A DNA stretch of 64,000 nucleotides from Candidatus Methylomirabilia bacterium. GTDB taxonomy: Bacteria; Methylomirabilota; Methylomirabilia; Rokubacteriales; CSP1-6. Under the pieces are notes generated by a model. That model searched no databases, was not told the DNA's origin, and saw only the letters and a program-made list of their open reading frames with translations. Made by a program: the position numbers and the translations under genes. The stretch spans positions 1-64,000 of the forward strand of contig JBGQHJ010000002.1 of the NCBI GenBank assembly GCA_041497895.1, written 5' to 3'. Positions 31,468-41,254 of this stretch are shown here, one piece after another (position 1 is the stretch's first letter; each line of letters begins with the position of its first letter).

Positions 31468-32594
31468 CGAGCCGGCTCGAGGTCGCGATCCGCAAGTCGC
31501 TGCCCGGCTTCACCCTCGACGTCGAGTGGAGCGCGGGCGCCGGCGTCGCCGCGCTCTTCGGGCCGTCGGGCGCGGGCAAGACCCTCACGCTCCAGTGCCT
31601 GTCCGGGCTGGTGCGCCCCGACGCCGGACGGATCGTGGTCGACGGCCACGTGCTCTTCGACGCGGTGGCCGGGATCGACGTGCCGCCCCAGCGGCGGCGC
31701 GTCGGCTACGTGTTCCAGGGCTACGCGCTCTTCCCGCACCTCACGGTGCGTGGCAACGTGGGCTTCGGCCTCCGCGACCGGGGCCGGGCCGAGCGCCGGC
31801 GCCGGGAAGACGAGGTGATGGCGCGCCTCGGGCTCGAGGCCTTCGCGGAGCGCTACCCGCGCGAGCTATCGGGCGGCCAGCGCCAGCGGGTGGCCCTCGG
31901 CCGGGCGCTCGCCACCGATCCGGCCCTGCTCCTGCTCGACGAGCCCCTCTCCGCGCTCGACCTGCCGCTGCGCCAGGCGCTGCGCGACGAGCTGCGCGGG
32001 ATCCTCACCGGCTGGGGCACCGCGGCGGTGCTGGTCACCCACGACCTCGCCGAGGCCTACCGGCTGGGCGATCGCATCGTGGTCTATGAAGAGGGGCGCG
32101 TGATCCAGGCCGCGTCGCGCGCCGAGCTGCCCTGGCAGCCGTCGTCCCGGAGCGTGGCGCGCATCATGGGCATCCGGAACCTCGTGCAGGGGGTCACGCT
32201 CAAGGCCACCGCCGACCGCATCCAGTTCCGCTGGCGCGGTCAGGTGCTCGAGGCGGTCAACTCGCCGACGCGCTCCTATCTGCCCGCGCCGGACACCCCG
32301 CTCGCCTTCTTCATCCGGCCCGAGTACGTGCGCCTCATCCGCAAGGACCGCAGCCACGTGGACGGCGCGCACCACATGAACCTCATGTCGGGCACCGTGG
32401 TACGTGAGGTGGACCTGGGCGCGTCCTGGACGCTCTTCCTCCGCCTGGACGAGCCGGGACCCCCCGCGCAGGGCGACTACGACCTCGAGCTCGAGGTGCC
32501 CCGGCTCGTCTACGAGATCCTCGAGATCGACCGGGATCGGCACTGGCAGTTCTCCCTCCACCGCGGCGCGATCCACGTGCTGCCCTCGTCTTGA
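31464..32594 (+). CDS. modC: Molybdate ABC transporter ATP-binding protein
   Basis: GPSGAGKT, VGYVFQ, LSGGQRQR, LLDEP; follows modB. Confidence 0.85.
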   Translation: MTSRLEVAIRKSLPGFTLDVEWSAGAGVAALFGPSGAGKTLTLQCLSGLVRPDAGRIVVDGHVLFDAVAGIDVPPQRRRVGYVFQGYALFPHLTVRGNVGFGLRDRGRAERRRREDEVMARLGLEAFAERYPRELSGGQRQRVALGRALATDPALLLLDEPLSALDLPLRQALRDELRGILTGWGTAAVLVTHDLAEAYRLGDRIVVYEEGRVIQAASRAELPWQPSSRSVARIMGIRNLVQGVTLKATADRIQFRWRGQVLEAVNSPTRSYLPAPDTPLAFFIRPEYVRLIRKDRSHVDGAHHMNLMSGTVVREVDLGASWTLFLRLDEPGPPAQGDYDLELEVPRLVYEILEIDRDRHWQFSLHRGAIHVLPSS

Positions 32595-33691
32595 TGGCAC
32601 CGCCGCCGGTCGTCGCGCTGCACGGCATCCGGGTCGTCCACGGCGGGCGGGCCGTGCTCGAGATCCCGGAGCTGACGGTGGATACGGGTGAGGTCCTGGC
32701 GGTGATCGGCCCCAACGGGGCGGGCAAGTCGACGTTGCTCCGCGTGATGGGGCTGCTCGAGGCGCCGACCGCGGGGAGCGTGCGCTTCCAGGGCGAGCGC
32801 GTCAGCCCGGCCGGCCGCCTCGCGATTCGCCGGCGCATGGCGAGCGTCTTCCAGGACCCGCTGCTCACCGACGCCACCGTCCGGGACAACGTGGCGCTCG
32901 GCCTCCGCTTCCGCGGCGTGGGCACCGAGCGTGGCGCGCCCCGCGTGACCGAGTGGCTCGAGCAGCTCGGCATCGCCGACCTCGCCGGACGCCAGGCCCG
33001 CACCCTCTCGGGTGGGGAGGCGCAGCGCACCGCGCTGGCGCGCGCGCTGGTGCTCGAGCCCGAGCTGCTCCTGCTGGACGAGCCTTTCTCCGCTCTGGAC
33101 CAGCCGACGCGGGAGGCGCTTCTCGACGACCTGGCCCGCATCCTCCGCCGGGAACGGATGACCACGGTGCTGGTCACCCACGATCGCGCCGAGGCCATGG
33201 CACTCGGGGACCGCGTGGGCGTCCTCATGGAGGGCCGGCTCGAGCAGCTCGACGAGGCTGCCGTGGTCTTCCGGGCTCCCGCGTCGGAGGACGTGGCCCG
33301 CTTCGTCGGGGTGGAGACCATCCTGGAGGGACGGGTGGTGGAGTGGGCCCGGGACCTGGCCATGATCGAGGTGGGAGACCAAATGGTCGAGGTGGCCCAG
33401 CGGGCCGAGCCGGGCGAGCTGGTGCGCCTGTGCGTGCGTCCGGAGGATGTCACGGTATTTCCCGGAGCTCCGAAGCCGGGCGGCACCCGGGATTTCAACC
33501 GGCTCGGCGGCCGGGTGCAGCGGCTGGTTCCGAGCGGCCCGCATGTGCGCGTCGTCATTGACTGCGGGTTCCCTCTCGTCGCGCTCGTGACGCAGCGCAC
33601 CGTGGAGGAGCTTCGCTTCGCCCCGGGCAGTCCGGTGACGGCGCACTTCAAGGCCACCGCGCCTCATCTGCTGCGCCATGCCAAGCCTTGA
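32591..33691 (+). CDS. ABC ATP-binding protein with TOBE domain (probable TupC)
   Basis: GPNGAGKS, LSGGEAQR, LLDEP, C-terminal Mop/TOBE-like (VTAHFKATA). Confidence 0.8.
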   Translation: MMAPPPVVALHGIRVVHGGRAVLEIPELTVDTGEVLAVIGPNGAGKSTLLRVMGLLEAPTAGSVRFQGERVSPAGRLAIRRRMASVFQDPLLTDATVRDNVALGLRFRGVGTERGAPRVTEWLEQLGIADLAGRQARTLSGGEAQRTALARALVLEPELLLLDEPFSALDQPTREALLDDLARILRRERMTTVLVTHDRAEAMALGDRVGVLMEGRLEQLDEAAVVFRAPASEDVARFVGVETILEGRVVEWARDLAMIEVGDQMVEVAQRAEPGELVRLCVRPEDVTVFPGAPKPGGTRDFNRLGGRVQRLVPSGPHVRVVIDCGFPLVALVTQRTVEELRFAPGSPVTAHFKATAPHLLRHAKP

Positions 33692-33717
33692 CATGCCGAA
33701 GAGCCGGGGAGTATAAC
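33688..33717 (+). promoter_or_regulatory. Sigma-70-like promoter
   Basis: TTGACA-N18-TATAAC upstream of the DUF465-moaC run. Confidence 0.65.
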
Positions 33718-33778
33718 GCGGGTACCGCCACTGGTTGTAGGGGCAGGGTCCTGACAGACGCTTCGCAAGGAGGTCCGC

Positions 33779-34009
33779 ATGCCCGACACGGAAGCGTTCA
33801 TCGAACGCCTCACCGCCGAAAACCATGATTTCCGCAAGCTCCGCGAAGAACACCGCCAGCACGAGCTCGAGTTGGCCGACCTGAACGGCCGCGGCTTCCT
33901 CTCCCCCGACCAACAGTGGCGTGTGAGCGAGCTCAAGAAGCTCAAGCTCATCGCGAAAGACCGGATGGAGAGTCTCCTCCGGCACGCGCGCGCCGCGACC
34001 CACGTCTGA
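33779..34009 (+). CDS. Small coiled-coil protein (DUF465/YdcH-like)
   Basis: FRKLREEH...ELKKLKLIAKD; RBS AAGGAGG. Confidence 0.75.
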   Translation: MPDTEAFIERLTAENHDFRKLREEHRQHELELADLNGRGFLSPDQQWRVSELKKLKLIAKDRMESLLRHARAATHV

Positions 34010-34030
34010 CTCGGGTCCAGTACCCGACCG

Positions 34031-34576
34031 ATGTCCCCGCCGCGGGATATGCCCGGGTTCCGCGGCCTCTCGCACCTGACCCCCGCGGGTGAGGCGCGGA
34101 TGGTGGACGTCTCCGCCAAGGTGGAGACCGTCCGGGAAGCCGCGGCCCGCGTCACCCTGAAGATGAAGGCGGCCACGCTCGCCGCGGTCCGCGCGGGCCA
34201 GCTCGCCAAGGGCGACGTGCTCGGGGTGGCGCGCACCGCGGGCATCATGGCGGCCAAGCGCACGCCGGACCTGATCCCCCTCTGCCATCCGCTGCGCATC
34301 ACCGGGGTGGACGTCGAGTTCGTGCTCGACTCGCGCCGCTCGACGATCACGGTGCACGCGCGCGTCCGCACGGTGGACAAGACCGGGGTCGAGATGGAGG
34401 CGCTCACCGCGGCGGCGGTGGCCGGCCTCACCGTCTACGACATGGTGAAGGCGGTGGACAAGGGCATCGTGCTGACCGACCTCTGCCTCGTCGAGAAGAC
34501 GGGTGGCAAGTCCGGCGCCTGGAAGCGGGGCAGTGGATTGGCGAGGCGCAGCCGCAGGCGAGCCGAGCGGATATGA
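34031..34576 (+). CDS. moaC: Cyclic pyranopterin monophosphate synthase
   Basis: [41 protein letters not shown]. Confidence 0.96.
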   Translation: MSPPRDMPGFRGLSHLTPAGEARMVDVSAKVETVREAAARVTLKMKAATLAAVRAGQLAKGDVLGVARTAGIMAAKRTPDLIPLCHPLRITGVDVEFVLDSRRSTITVHARVRTVDKTGVEMEALTAAAVAGLTVYDMVKAVDKGIVLTDLCLVEKTGGKSGAWKRGSGLARRSRRRAERI

Positions 34577-35706
34577 CACTCACCACCGCGCTCATCTACT
34601 CGGACGAGTGGCGCCACTTCGACTACGGGAGCGAGCATCCGCTCCGCATGGAGCGGCTCGGGCTCACGTGGCGTCTCATGGAGGCCTACGGCCTCACCGC
34701 GCTGCCGGGCGCCAAGGTGCTCGCGCCGGAGCCCGCTTCGATCGAGGAGATCGCCCGCTTCCACACCCGCGACTACATCGAGATCTTGCGCGCGGTGAGC
34801 GCGGGCGACTGGGTGCCCCACGCCGGACGTTACGGGCTCGGGCCCGGCGACAACCCGATCTTCCCCGGCCTGTGGGAAGCGGCCCAGCTCGGGGCGGGGG
34901 GCTCGCTGGCCGCCGCGCAGCTGGTGGCCGCCGGCGAGGTCGACCGCGCGTTCCACTTCGCGGGCGGCCTGCACCACGCCATGCCCGGGCGTGCCTCCGG
35001 CTTCTGCTACGTCAACGACGCGGTGCTCGCGGTCATGCGGCTGCGCGCGCGCGGCTTCCGGGTCGCCTACGTCGACATCGACGCCCACCACGGCGACGGC
35101 GTGCAGTTCGCGTTCTACGACGATCCCCAGGTGCTCACCGTCTCGACCCACGAGCGCGGCGACCGGCTCTTCCCCGGCACCGGCTTCGTGGTGGAGATGG
35201 GCGAGGGCGACGGCCTCGGCTACGCGGTGAACCTGCCGCTGCAGCCGCTCACCGACGACGCGGTCTACGAGGCGGCGTTCGAGGCGGTGGTGCCGCCGCT
35301 GGTGACCGCGTTCCGGCCCGACGCGCTCGTGATCCAGCTCGGCATCGACTCGCACCGCACCGATCCGCTCACCCACCTGAGCCTCACCGTGCAGGGCTTC
35401 ACGCGGGCGGTCCGGCGGCTCCTGCCGCTCGCCCCCCGAGTCGTGGCCCTGGGCGGCGGCGGCTACGACCTCGCCAACGTGGCGCGGGCGTGGACGGCGG
35501 CGTGGGCGGCCATGAACGATGTCGAGCTGCCCGACGCGCTGCCGCCCGAGAGCCACGCGGACATGCAGCGCCTGGGCCTCGCGCGACCCACGCTCAGCGA
35601 TCCGGCCGAGAAGCTGCCCGACGACACGCGCCGGTGGGCCGAGGAGTACGCGCGACGCCAGGTGGGGGAGATCCAGGACAAGATCTTTCCCCTCCATGGG
35701 CTGTAG
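34573..35706 (+). CDS. acuC: Zn-dependent deacetylase, HDAC/AcuC family
   Basis: HP...[34 protein letters not shown]. Confidence 0.88.
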   Translation: MTLTTALIYSDEWRHFDYGSEHPLRMERLGLTWRLMEAYGLTALPGAKVLAPEPASIEEIARFHTRDYIEILRAVSAGDWVPHAGRYGLGPGDNPIFPGLWEAAQLGAGGSLAAAQLVAAGEVDRAFHFAGGLHHAMPGRASGFCYVNDAVLAVMRLRARGFRVAYVDIDAHHGDGVQFAFYDDPQVLTVSTHERGDRLFPGTGFVVEMGEGDGLGYAVNLPLQPLTDDAVYEAAFEAVVPPLVTAFRPDALVIQLGIDSHRTDPLTHLSLTVQGFTRAVRRLLPLAPRVVALGGGGYDLANVARAWTAAWAAMNDVELPDALPPESHADMQRLGLARPTLSDPAEKLPDDTRRWAEEYARRQVGEIQDKIFPLHGL

Positions 35707-35712
35707 GGCCGG

Positions 35713-37170
35713 GTGAGCGTGGAGGCCTCCGCGAGCGGCTCGACCGTCCCGACGGCGTCGGAGCCGGTCGTGCCGGCGCCGCCCGAGCACGCGGCGATCC
35801 GCGTGCCGCTCAAGATCAAGCTGAGCTTGCTGATCACCGCGCTCGTGGTGCTCACGGTGGCGCTGGTCGGGCTCTTCCTCCTCCGCCAGCAGCAGCAGAG
35901 CCTCACCGCCGAGATGACCAAGCGCGGGCTCACCATGGCCGAGAACTTCGCGGCCGGGGCCAAGACCCCGCTGCTCACCAGCGACGACCTGACGCTCGGC
36001 GTGCTCGTGACCGACGCCATGAAGGACCCCGACGTCTCTTACGTCATCGTCGCGGATCACGACGGGCGGGTCCTCGCCCACTCCGATCCTCGGGCCGCGG
36101 TGAAGAGCGCGGTGGAGCGCCCCAAGGGACTCGATCCGCTGAAAGATCGGCTGCTGGTCCAGACCTACAAGACCCCGCAGGGCCGGATCATCGACTTCGC
36201 GGTGCCGCTGGTCTACAGCGGGGTGCCGGTGGGCGCGCTCTACCTGGGCTTCAGCGAGGAGGCGATCACCGCGGCCCTCGCCAGCGCGCGCAACCAGGCG
36301 CTGCTGATCACCCTGCTCATGGTCCTGGCCGGGCTCGGCGGGGCGGTCGGGCTCGCCGCGCTCCTCTCGCGGCCGATCTTCCGCCTCGTGCAGGCCACCG
36401 GGGCCATCGCGGCCGGCAACTTCAACATCACGCTGCCGGTGGCCTCGCGCGACGAGCTGGGCGTGCTGACCGACTCCTTCAACCGCATGGCCCGCAGCCT
36501 GCGCGAGAAGGAGATGATCAAGCGCGCGTTCACCCGCTACGTGGCGCGGGAGGTGGTCGAGGAGATCCTGAAGAATCCGGAGAACATGACGCTCACCGGT
36601 GAGCGGCGGGAAGTCACCGTGCTCTTCTGCGACGTGCGCGGCTTCACCCCGCTCTCCGAGCGCCTGAGCCCGGAGGAGGTCGTGCTCCTGCTCAACGACT
36701 TCTACAACCTGATGATCGAGACCACGTTCAAGCACGACGGCACCCTCGACAAGTTCCTGGGTGACGCGGTGATGGCGGTGTTCGGCGCCCCCCTGGCCCA
36801 TCCCGATCACTCGGCGCGGGCCATCCGCACCGCGCTCGCCATGCAGGAGGGCATCGTCGGGCTGAACGAGCGTCGCGCCCGCGACGGCAAGGAGCCGATC
36901 GCGGTCGGCATCGGGGTGAGCGCGGGCGAGGCGGTCGCGGGCACGGTGGGCACCGAGGACCGCATGGAGTACACCGTCATCGGCGACAGCGTGAACCTGG
37001 CCGCGCGCCTCGAGTCCAACGCCAAGCCGGGCCAGATCCTGATCAGCCACCGCACCTACGAGCGCGTGCGCGACCTGGTGGAGGCGCGCCCGCTCGGGCG
37101 CATCCGCGTGAAGGGTAAGGAAGAGGAGGTCGAGGTCTACGAGGTGCTCCGGCTGGCCCCCGTAGTTTGA
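35713..37170 (+). CDS. Membrane class III adenylate/guanylate cyclase with periplasmic sensor and HAMP domain
   Basis: Two TM helices around a periplasmic domain, DELGVL...FNRM HAMP, FCDVRGFT, DKFLGDA, YTVIGDSVNLAARLE. Confidence 0.92.
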   Translation: MSVEASASGSTVPTASEPVVPAPPEHAAIRVPLKIKLSLLITALVVLTVALVGLFLLRQQQQSLTAEMTKRGLTMAENFAAGAKTPLLTSDDLTLGVLVTDAMKDPDVSYVIVADHDGRVLAHSDPRAAVKSAVERPKGLDPLKDRLLVQTYKTPQGRIIDFAVPLVYSGVPVGALYLGFSEEAITAALASARNQALLITLLMVLAGLGGAVGLAALLSRPIFRLVQATGAIAAGNFNITLPVASRDELGVLTDSFNRMARSLREKEMIKRAFTRYVAREVVEEILKNPENMTLTGERREVTVLFCDVRGFTPLSERLSPEEVVLLLNDFYNLMIETTFKHDGTLDKFLGDAVMAVFGAPLAHPDHSARAIRTALAMQEGIVGLNERRARDGKEPIAVGIGVSAGEAVAGTVGTEDRMEYTVIGDSVNLAARLESNAKPGQILISHRTYERVRDLVEARPLGRIRVKGKEEEVEVYEVLRLAPVV

Positions 37171-37204
37171 TTCGGTTCTCCGCCCGGTCGCGTAGGATAT
37201 GGGG

Positions 37205-38248
37205 ATGATGACTCGACGCGCGCGAGGACGGGCCCTCGTGGTGGGCGGGCTGGCGCTGCTGCTCGGCGCCTGCGCCACCGCTGCGCCTGCGCCCACGCCG
37301 GCTCCCGGCGCGGCCCGGCCCCCGGCCCGACCCGGCCCCCGCCCCGCCGCCTACGAGTCCGAGGACTTCGTCGTCACCTTCGCGCAGCCCGGCGACACGC
37401 CCGAGACGCTCGCCGCGCGCTACCTGGGCGGTCCCGAGCGGGCGTGGATGATCGAGGACTACTCCGGGCAGCAGGCGTTCTCCCCCGGCCAGGAGGTGGT
37501 CATCCCCCGCCGGCCGTGGAACCCCGCCGGCGTCACCCCGGGCGGCTACCAGATCGTGCCGATCCTCACCTACCACAACCTGGGCGAGCAGGCGAAGGGG
37601 CGCCTCGTGCTGGCCGCCGCCTCCTTCCGCGAGCAGATGCAGTACCTCAAGACCAACGGCTACCGGGTGGTGAGCCTCGGCGACTTCGTCGAGTTCACCC
37701 GGCTCGGCCGGCAGCTGCCGCAGAAGGCGGTGGTGCTCACCTTCGACGACGGCTATCGCTCGTTCAAGGACTTCGCCTACCCGGTCCTCAAGGACCTCGG
37801 CTTCCCCGCCACGCTCTTCATCTACACCGACTGGGTCGGCGCCGGCCGCGGGGCGCTCTCCTGGAGCGACCTGCGGGAGCTGACCGCCGCCGGCTTCGAC
37901 ATCGAGGCCCACACCAAGACGCACGCGGACCTGCGCCGGGCCCACGGCGAGACCGAGGCCCAGTACGCGCGCCGCATGCACGTCGAGCTCGAGCTGCCCC
38001 AGGAGCTGTTCAACAAGAACCTCGGCCGGCGCAGCCAGATCCTCGCCTATCCCTACGGGCGCTGGGAGGAGGGCCTCCTGCCCAAGGTGAAGGAGTACGG
38101 TTACATCGCCGCGTTCTCGGTGCGCCGCCAGGGCAATGCCTCGTTCGTGCGGCCGCTCGCCGCGCACCGCAGCCAGATCTACTCCGAGATGACGCTCGAC
38201 GACTTCGTCAAGAACCTGAACGTCTTCCAGGAGGAGAACCTCCGGTGA
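37205..38248 (+). CDS. Lipoprotein: LysM-like domain plus CE4 polysaccharide deacetylase
   Basis: Lipobox LGAC, QPGDTPETLAARYLG, PILTYH, LTFDDG, HTKTH, AYPYG. Confidence 0.88.
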   Translation: MMTRRARGRALVVGGLALLLGACATAAPAPTPAPGAARPPARPGPRPAAYESEDFVVTFAQPGDTPETLAARYLGGPERAWMIEDYSGQQAFSPGQEVVIPRRPWNPAGVTPGGYQIVPILTYHNLGEQAKGRLVLAAASFREQMQYLKTNGYRVVSLGDFVEFTRLGRQLPQKAVVLTFDDGYRSFKDFAYPVLKDLGFPATLFIYTDWVGAGRGALSWSDLRELTAAGFDIEAHTKTHADLRRAHGETEAQYARRMHVELELPQELFNKNLGRRSQILAYPYGRWEEGLLPKVKEYGYIAAFSVRRQGNASFVRPLAAHRSQIYSEMTLDDFVKNLNVFQEENLR

Positions 38249-39426
38249 AGTCGCCCCGCCGGCGCCTGCTCGTCGCGGCGACGCTGGGCCTGGCGCTGGG
38301 CGGCTGTGCGGGAATGGCCGCGGACCCCTCCGGCGAGACCAAGGGGACGGGCCCCGCCGCGCTCGCGCGCGATCCGCTCGCGGCGCGCCACCGCCAGCAG
38401 GCCGAGGCGCTCGAGCGCGACGGCCAGCTCCGCCGCGCCGCGGAGGAGTGGAAGATCGTCCTCACGATCACGCCGACCGACGCCCGGGCGCGCGAGTCGC
38501 TGCGCGCGCTGCAGGCGCGGATCGACCAGCTCGCGGCGGAGCGCATCGACGAGGGGCGCAAGGCGCTCGCGCGCGGGGTGCAGGTCGAGGCCCGGCGCAA
38601 GTTCCTGGCCGCTCTGGCCCTCGACCCGTCGAGCCGGGCCGCCTTCGAGGCCCTGCAGAGCGACACCCGCGAGGTCGAGTTCATCAGCCACACCGTGCGG
38701 TCGGGGGATACCCTGTCGAGCCTGGCCCAGCGCTACTACGGCGACCGCTCCCGGTCGGAGGTGATCTGGGAGACCAACCAGCTGCCGCCCAATCCGCGCC
38801 TGGCTCCCGGCACCACGCTCAAGATCCCGGAGATCCCGGGCGTTCCGTTCGTCCATCCCGAGGCGCGCCGGCCCCCGCCGGCGGTGGCGGCGATCCCCAC
38901 GCCGGACGTGCCGCGCCCGGGTCCGGCGCCCGCGCCGGGTGCGTCCCCGGCCTCTCCCGCGCCGAAGGAGGAGTACACCCCCGAGGTCAATCCGCTGCTG
39001 GCCGAGGCCCGCGAGGCCCTCGAGCGCAGCGACTACACGGACGCGCTCGGTACGGTGGACAAGTACCTCACGAGCAAGCCGGGTGACCGCGAGGGGCTGA
39101 CCCTCAAGAAGCAGGCGCTCTACGGGCAGGCCAAGAGCCAGATGGAGGCCAAGCAGTATCCGGAGTCGATCCAGAGCCTGACCCTGCTCACGCGTCTGCA
39201 GCCCAACTACGAGGACGCCTCCGCCCTCCTCAAGCAGGCGCGCACCCGCCTGGTCGAGCAGCACTACACCCAGGGGGTCCGGTTCTACCGCGAGGAGAAG
39301 CTGAAGGAAGCCATCTCGGAGTGGCGGGTGGTGCTCGAGATGGATCCGGGCCACGCCAACGCGCGCCGCAACATCGATCAGGCCGAACGACTCCTGCGCG
39401 GCCTCGAGCAGCGCATGAAGAAGTAG
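38245..39426 (+). CDS. Lipoprotein with TPR repeats and central LysM domain
   Basis: Lipobox LGGC, HTVRSGDTLSSLAQRYYG...LKIP LysM, TPR-like helices on both sides. Confidence 0.85.
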   Translation: MKSPRRRLLVAATLGLALGGCAGMAADPSGETKGTGPAALARDPLAARHRQQAEALERDGQLRRAAEEWKIVLTITPTDARARESLRALQARIDQLAAERIDEGRKALARGVQVEARRKFLAALALDPSSRAAFEALQSDTREVEFISHTVRSGDTLSSLAQRYYGDRSRSEVIWETNQLPPNPRLAPGTTLKIPEIPGVPFVHPEARRPPPAVAAIPTPDVPRPGPAPAPGASPASPAPKEEYTPEVNPLLAEAREALERSDYTDALGTVDKYLTSKPGDREGLTLKKQALYGQAKSQMEAKQYPESIQSLTLLTRLQPNYEDASALLKQARTRLVEQHYTQGVRFYREEKLKEAISEWRVVLEMDPGHANARRNIDQAERLLRGLEQRMKK

Positions 39427-39448
39427 CGACCACCAAGGAGGACATCCG

Positions 39449-40036
39449 ATGACGATCAGACACATCCGATCGGCGGCCACGGTGCTGCCGATCATCGCGC
39501 TCACCCTGTTGCTCGCCGGCTGTCCCAAGCGTCCCGCGATGACCGCGGCCACCGCGCCGCCGCCGGTCCCGCCGGCCGCGGTGGCGCCGCCCACTCCGGC
39601 GACCCCCGCGCCCGCTCCCGCGCCGGTCGCCCCGACGCCGGTGGTGCCGCCCACCGCAGCGCCCGCGCCGCCCGCCCCTCCCAACGAGTACCGGGCCAAC
39701 GACGCGCTCAAGCCGATCCACTTCGCCTTCGACAAGTCCGACATCCGGCCCGCCGATGCCGCGGTGCTGGACGGCACCGCCGCGTATCTCAAGGCCAACC
39801 CCGGTCAGCTCGTGCTGATCGAGGGCCACTGCGACGAGCGGGGGACCTCGGAGTACAACCTGGCGCTCGGCGAGCGGCGGGCGAAGGCGGCGATGAACTA
39901 CCTGGTCTCCAACGGGGTCGAGGCCGCCCGCATCACCACGATCTCCTATGGCAAGGAGCGCCCGATCTGCTCCGAGCACAACGAGGCGTGCTGGTCCAGG
40001 AACCGCAACGACACGTTCCTGACCAAGGAGAAGTGA
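39449..40036 (+). CDS. pal: Peptidoglycan-associated lipoprotein
   Basis: Lipobox LAGC, Pro/Ala linker, IHFAFDKS, IEGHCDERGTSEYNLALGERRA, SYGKE. Confidence 0.92.
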   Translation: MTIRHIRSAATVLPIIALTLLLAGCPKRPAMTAATAPPPVPPAAVAPPTPATPAPAPAPVAPTPVVPPTAAPAPPAPPNEYRANDALKPIHFAFDKSDIRPADAAVLDGTAAYLKANPGQLVLIEGHCDERGTSEYNLALGERRAKAAMNYLVSNGVEAARITTISYGKERPICSEHNEACWSRNRNDTFLTKEK

Positions 40037-40086
40037 TCGACGACTGACCGTCCTCTCACGGCCCTCACCCTCACCCGGAGGCGCGC

Positions 40087-40890
40087 ATGCCCGCTCAAGA
40101 CCTGATCGTGGACCTGGCGATCCGCTACGGATTCCAGGTCCTCGGCGCGATCGTGATCCTGTTCGTCGGGCTCCTGGCCGCGTGGTGGGTGGGCAACACG
40201 GTCGAGCGGCCGCTCACGCGCATGGCGCTCGAGCCGCCGATGCGGCGGCTGATGGTGCGGGTCGTGAGAGTGGTGGTGCTGCTGTTCGCCCTGGTGATCG
40301 CGCTCGACAAGTTCGGCTTCCAGATCGCTCCCCTCGTGGCCGGCATCGGGGTGGCCGGGCTCGGCATCGGCATCGCGCTCCAGGGCGTGCTCGGCAACGT
40401 GATCGCCGGGCTCACCATCATCTTCACCAAGCCGTTCCGGGTGGGCGAGCACATCGAGATCGTGGGCATGAAGGGCGACGTCCACACCATCGAGCTGTTC
40501 TCGACCACGCTGGTGCATCCCGACCAGTCCCGGATCATCATCCCGAACCGGAAGATCGTGGGGGAGATCCTGCACAACTTCGGGACGATGAGGCAGATTC
40601 ACCTGTCGGTGGCGGTTCCGCACGGCTCCGACCTGGCAGCGGTGCTGGCCCTGACCCGCGAGGTCGTGGCCGCCAACCCGCGCGTGCTGCCCCAGCCCGC
40701 CGCGGTGATCGGGGTCGCGCAGATCGAGGCTACCGGGGTGCGGATAGGGGTCAGTCCCTGGGTGAAGGTGCCGGACGTGGTCGTCGCCGAGGCCGAGATC
40801 TACCGGGCGCTGGTCGAGCGGTTCGGCGCGGCCGGGATCGCCGTGCCGCTCCCGCGGCAGGAAGTTCAGCTCGTCAATTCAGGGCGTTAA
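40087..40890 (+). CDS. Small-conductance mechanosensitive channel (MscS family)
   Basis: GVAGLGIGIALQG, KPFRVGEHI, IIIPN. Confidence 0.9.
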   Translation: MPAQDLIVDLAIRYGFQVLGAIVILFVGLLAAWWVGNTVERPLTRMALEPPMRRLMVRVVRVVVLLFALVIALDKFGFQIAPLVAGIGVAGLGIGIALQGVLGNVIAGLTIIFTKPFRVGEHIEIVGMKGDVHTIELFSTTLVHPDQSRIIIPNRKIVGEILHNFGTMRQIHLSVAVPHGSDLAAVLALTREVVAANPRVLPQPAAVIGVAQIEATGVRIGVSPWVKVPDVVVAEAEIYRALVERFGAAGIAVPLPRQEVQLVNSGR

Positions 40891-40920
40891 CGCCACCGGC
40901 CGCGTGCCGTCAATGAGTTC

Positions 40921-40956
40921 TTGACATAGCCGGTCGGAATAGTACTATTCCGACCG
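40921..40956 (+). promoter_or_regulatory. Sigma-70-like promoter overlapped by a perfect 26-bp palindrome (candidate operator)
   Basis: TTGACA (40921) N16 TACTAT (40943); CGGTCGGAATAGTACTATTCCGACCG (40931-40956) is its own reverse complement. Confidence 0.75.
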
Positions 40957-41159
40957 TGCATCAGGTTCTGACGAGAGAGCCCTTCGCATCCCCCGCCATC
41001 CGCTGCCAGGTCTGCGCGACCAAGATCGTCGTGCCCGGCGTGGCGGACGTGGTCGTCAAGAACGCCATCCTGCGCGTGGATCGGGCCTCCGGGCACGTGG
41101 CCGCCAAGTGTCCCCGCTGTAAAACCTGGGTGGACGTACCCCTCCGGTACGTCGGGTGA
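40956..41159 (+). CDS. Small zinc-ribbon protein
   Basis: 67 aa with CQVC...CPRC; GTG 7 nt after the -10 box. Confidence 0.7.
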   Translation: MHQVLTREPFASPAIRCQVCATKIVVPGVADVVVKNAILRVDRASGHVAAKCPRCKTWVDVPLRYVG

Positions 41160-41191
41160 GGCACACCTAGGCAAGGCACAAGTCGCAGCAT

Positions 41192-41254
41192 CGAGACGGA
41201 AAGCCGAGCGGGGGCCGCAGCTGGAAGCGGCCCTCCTCGGCTTTCGCGTTCTCG
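41192..41254 (+). promoter_or_regulatory. Long intergenic hairpin abutting the reductase RBS
   Basis: GAAAGCCGAG/CTCGGCTTTC 10-bp stem, inner GGGCCGC/GCGGCCC, outer CGAGA/TCTCG, followed directly by GGAGGA. Confidence 0.55.

Noticed and set aside
39545..39685. Repetitive GC-rich stretch in pal
   Set aside because: Low-complexity Pro/Ala linker coding sequence, not a DNA repeat element.
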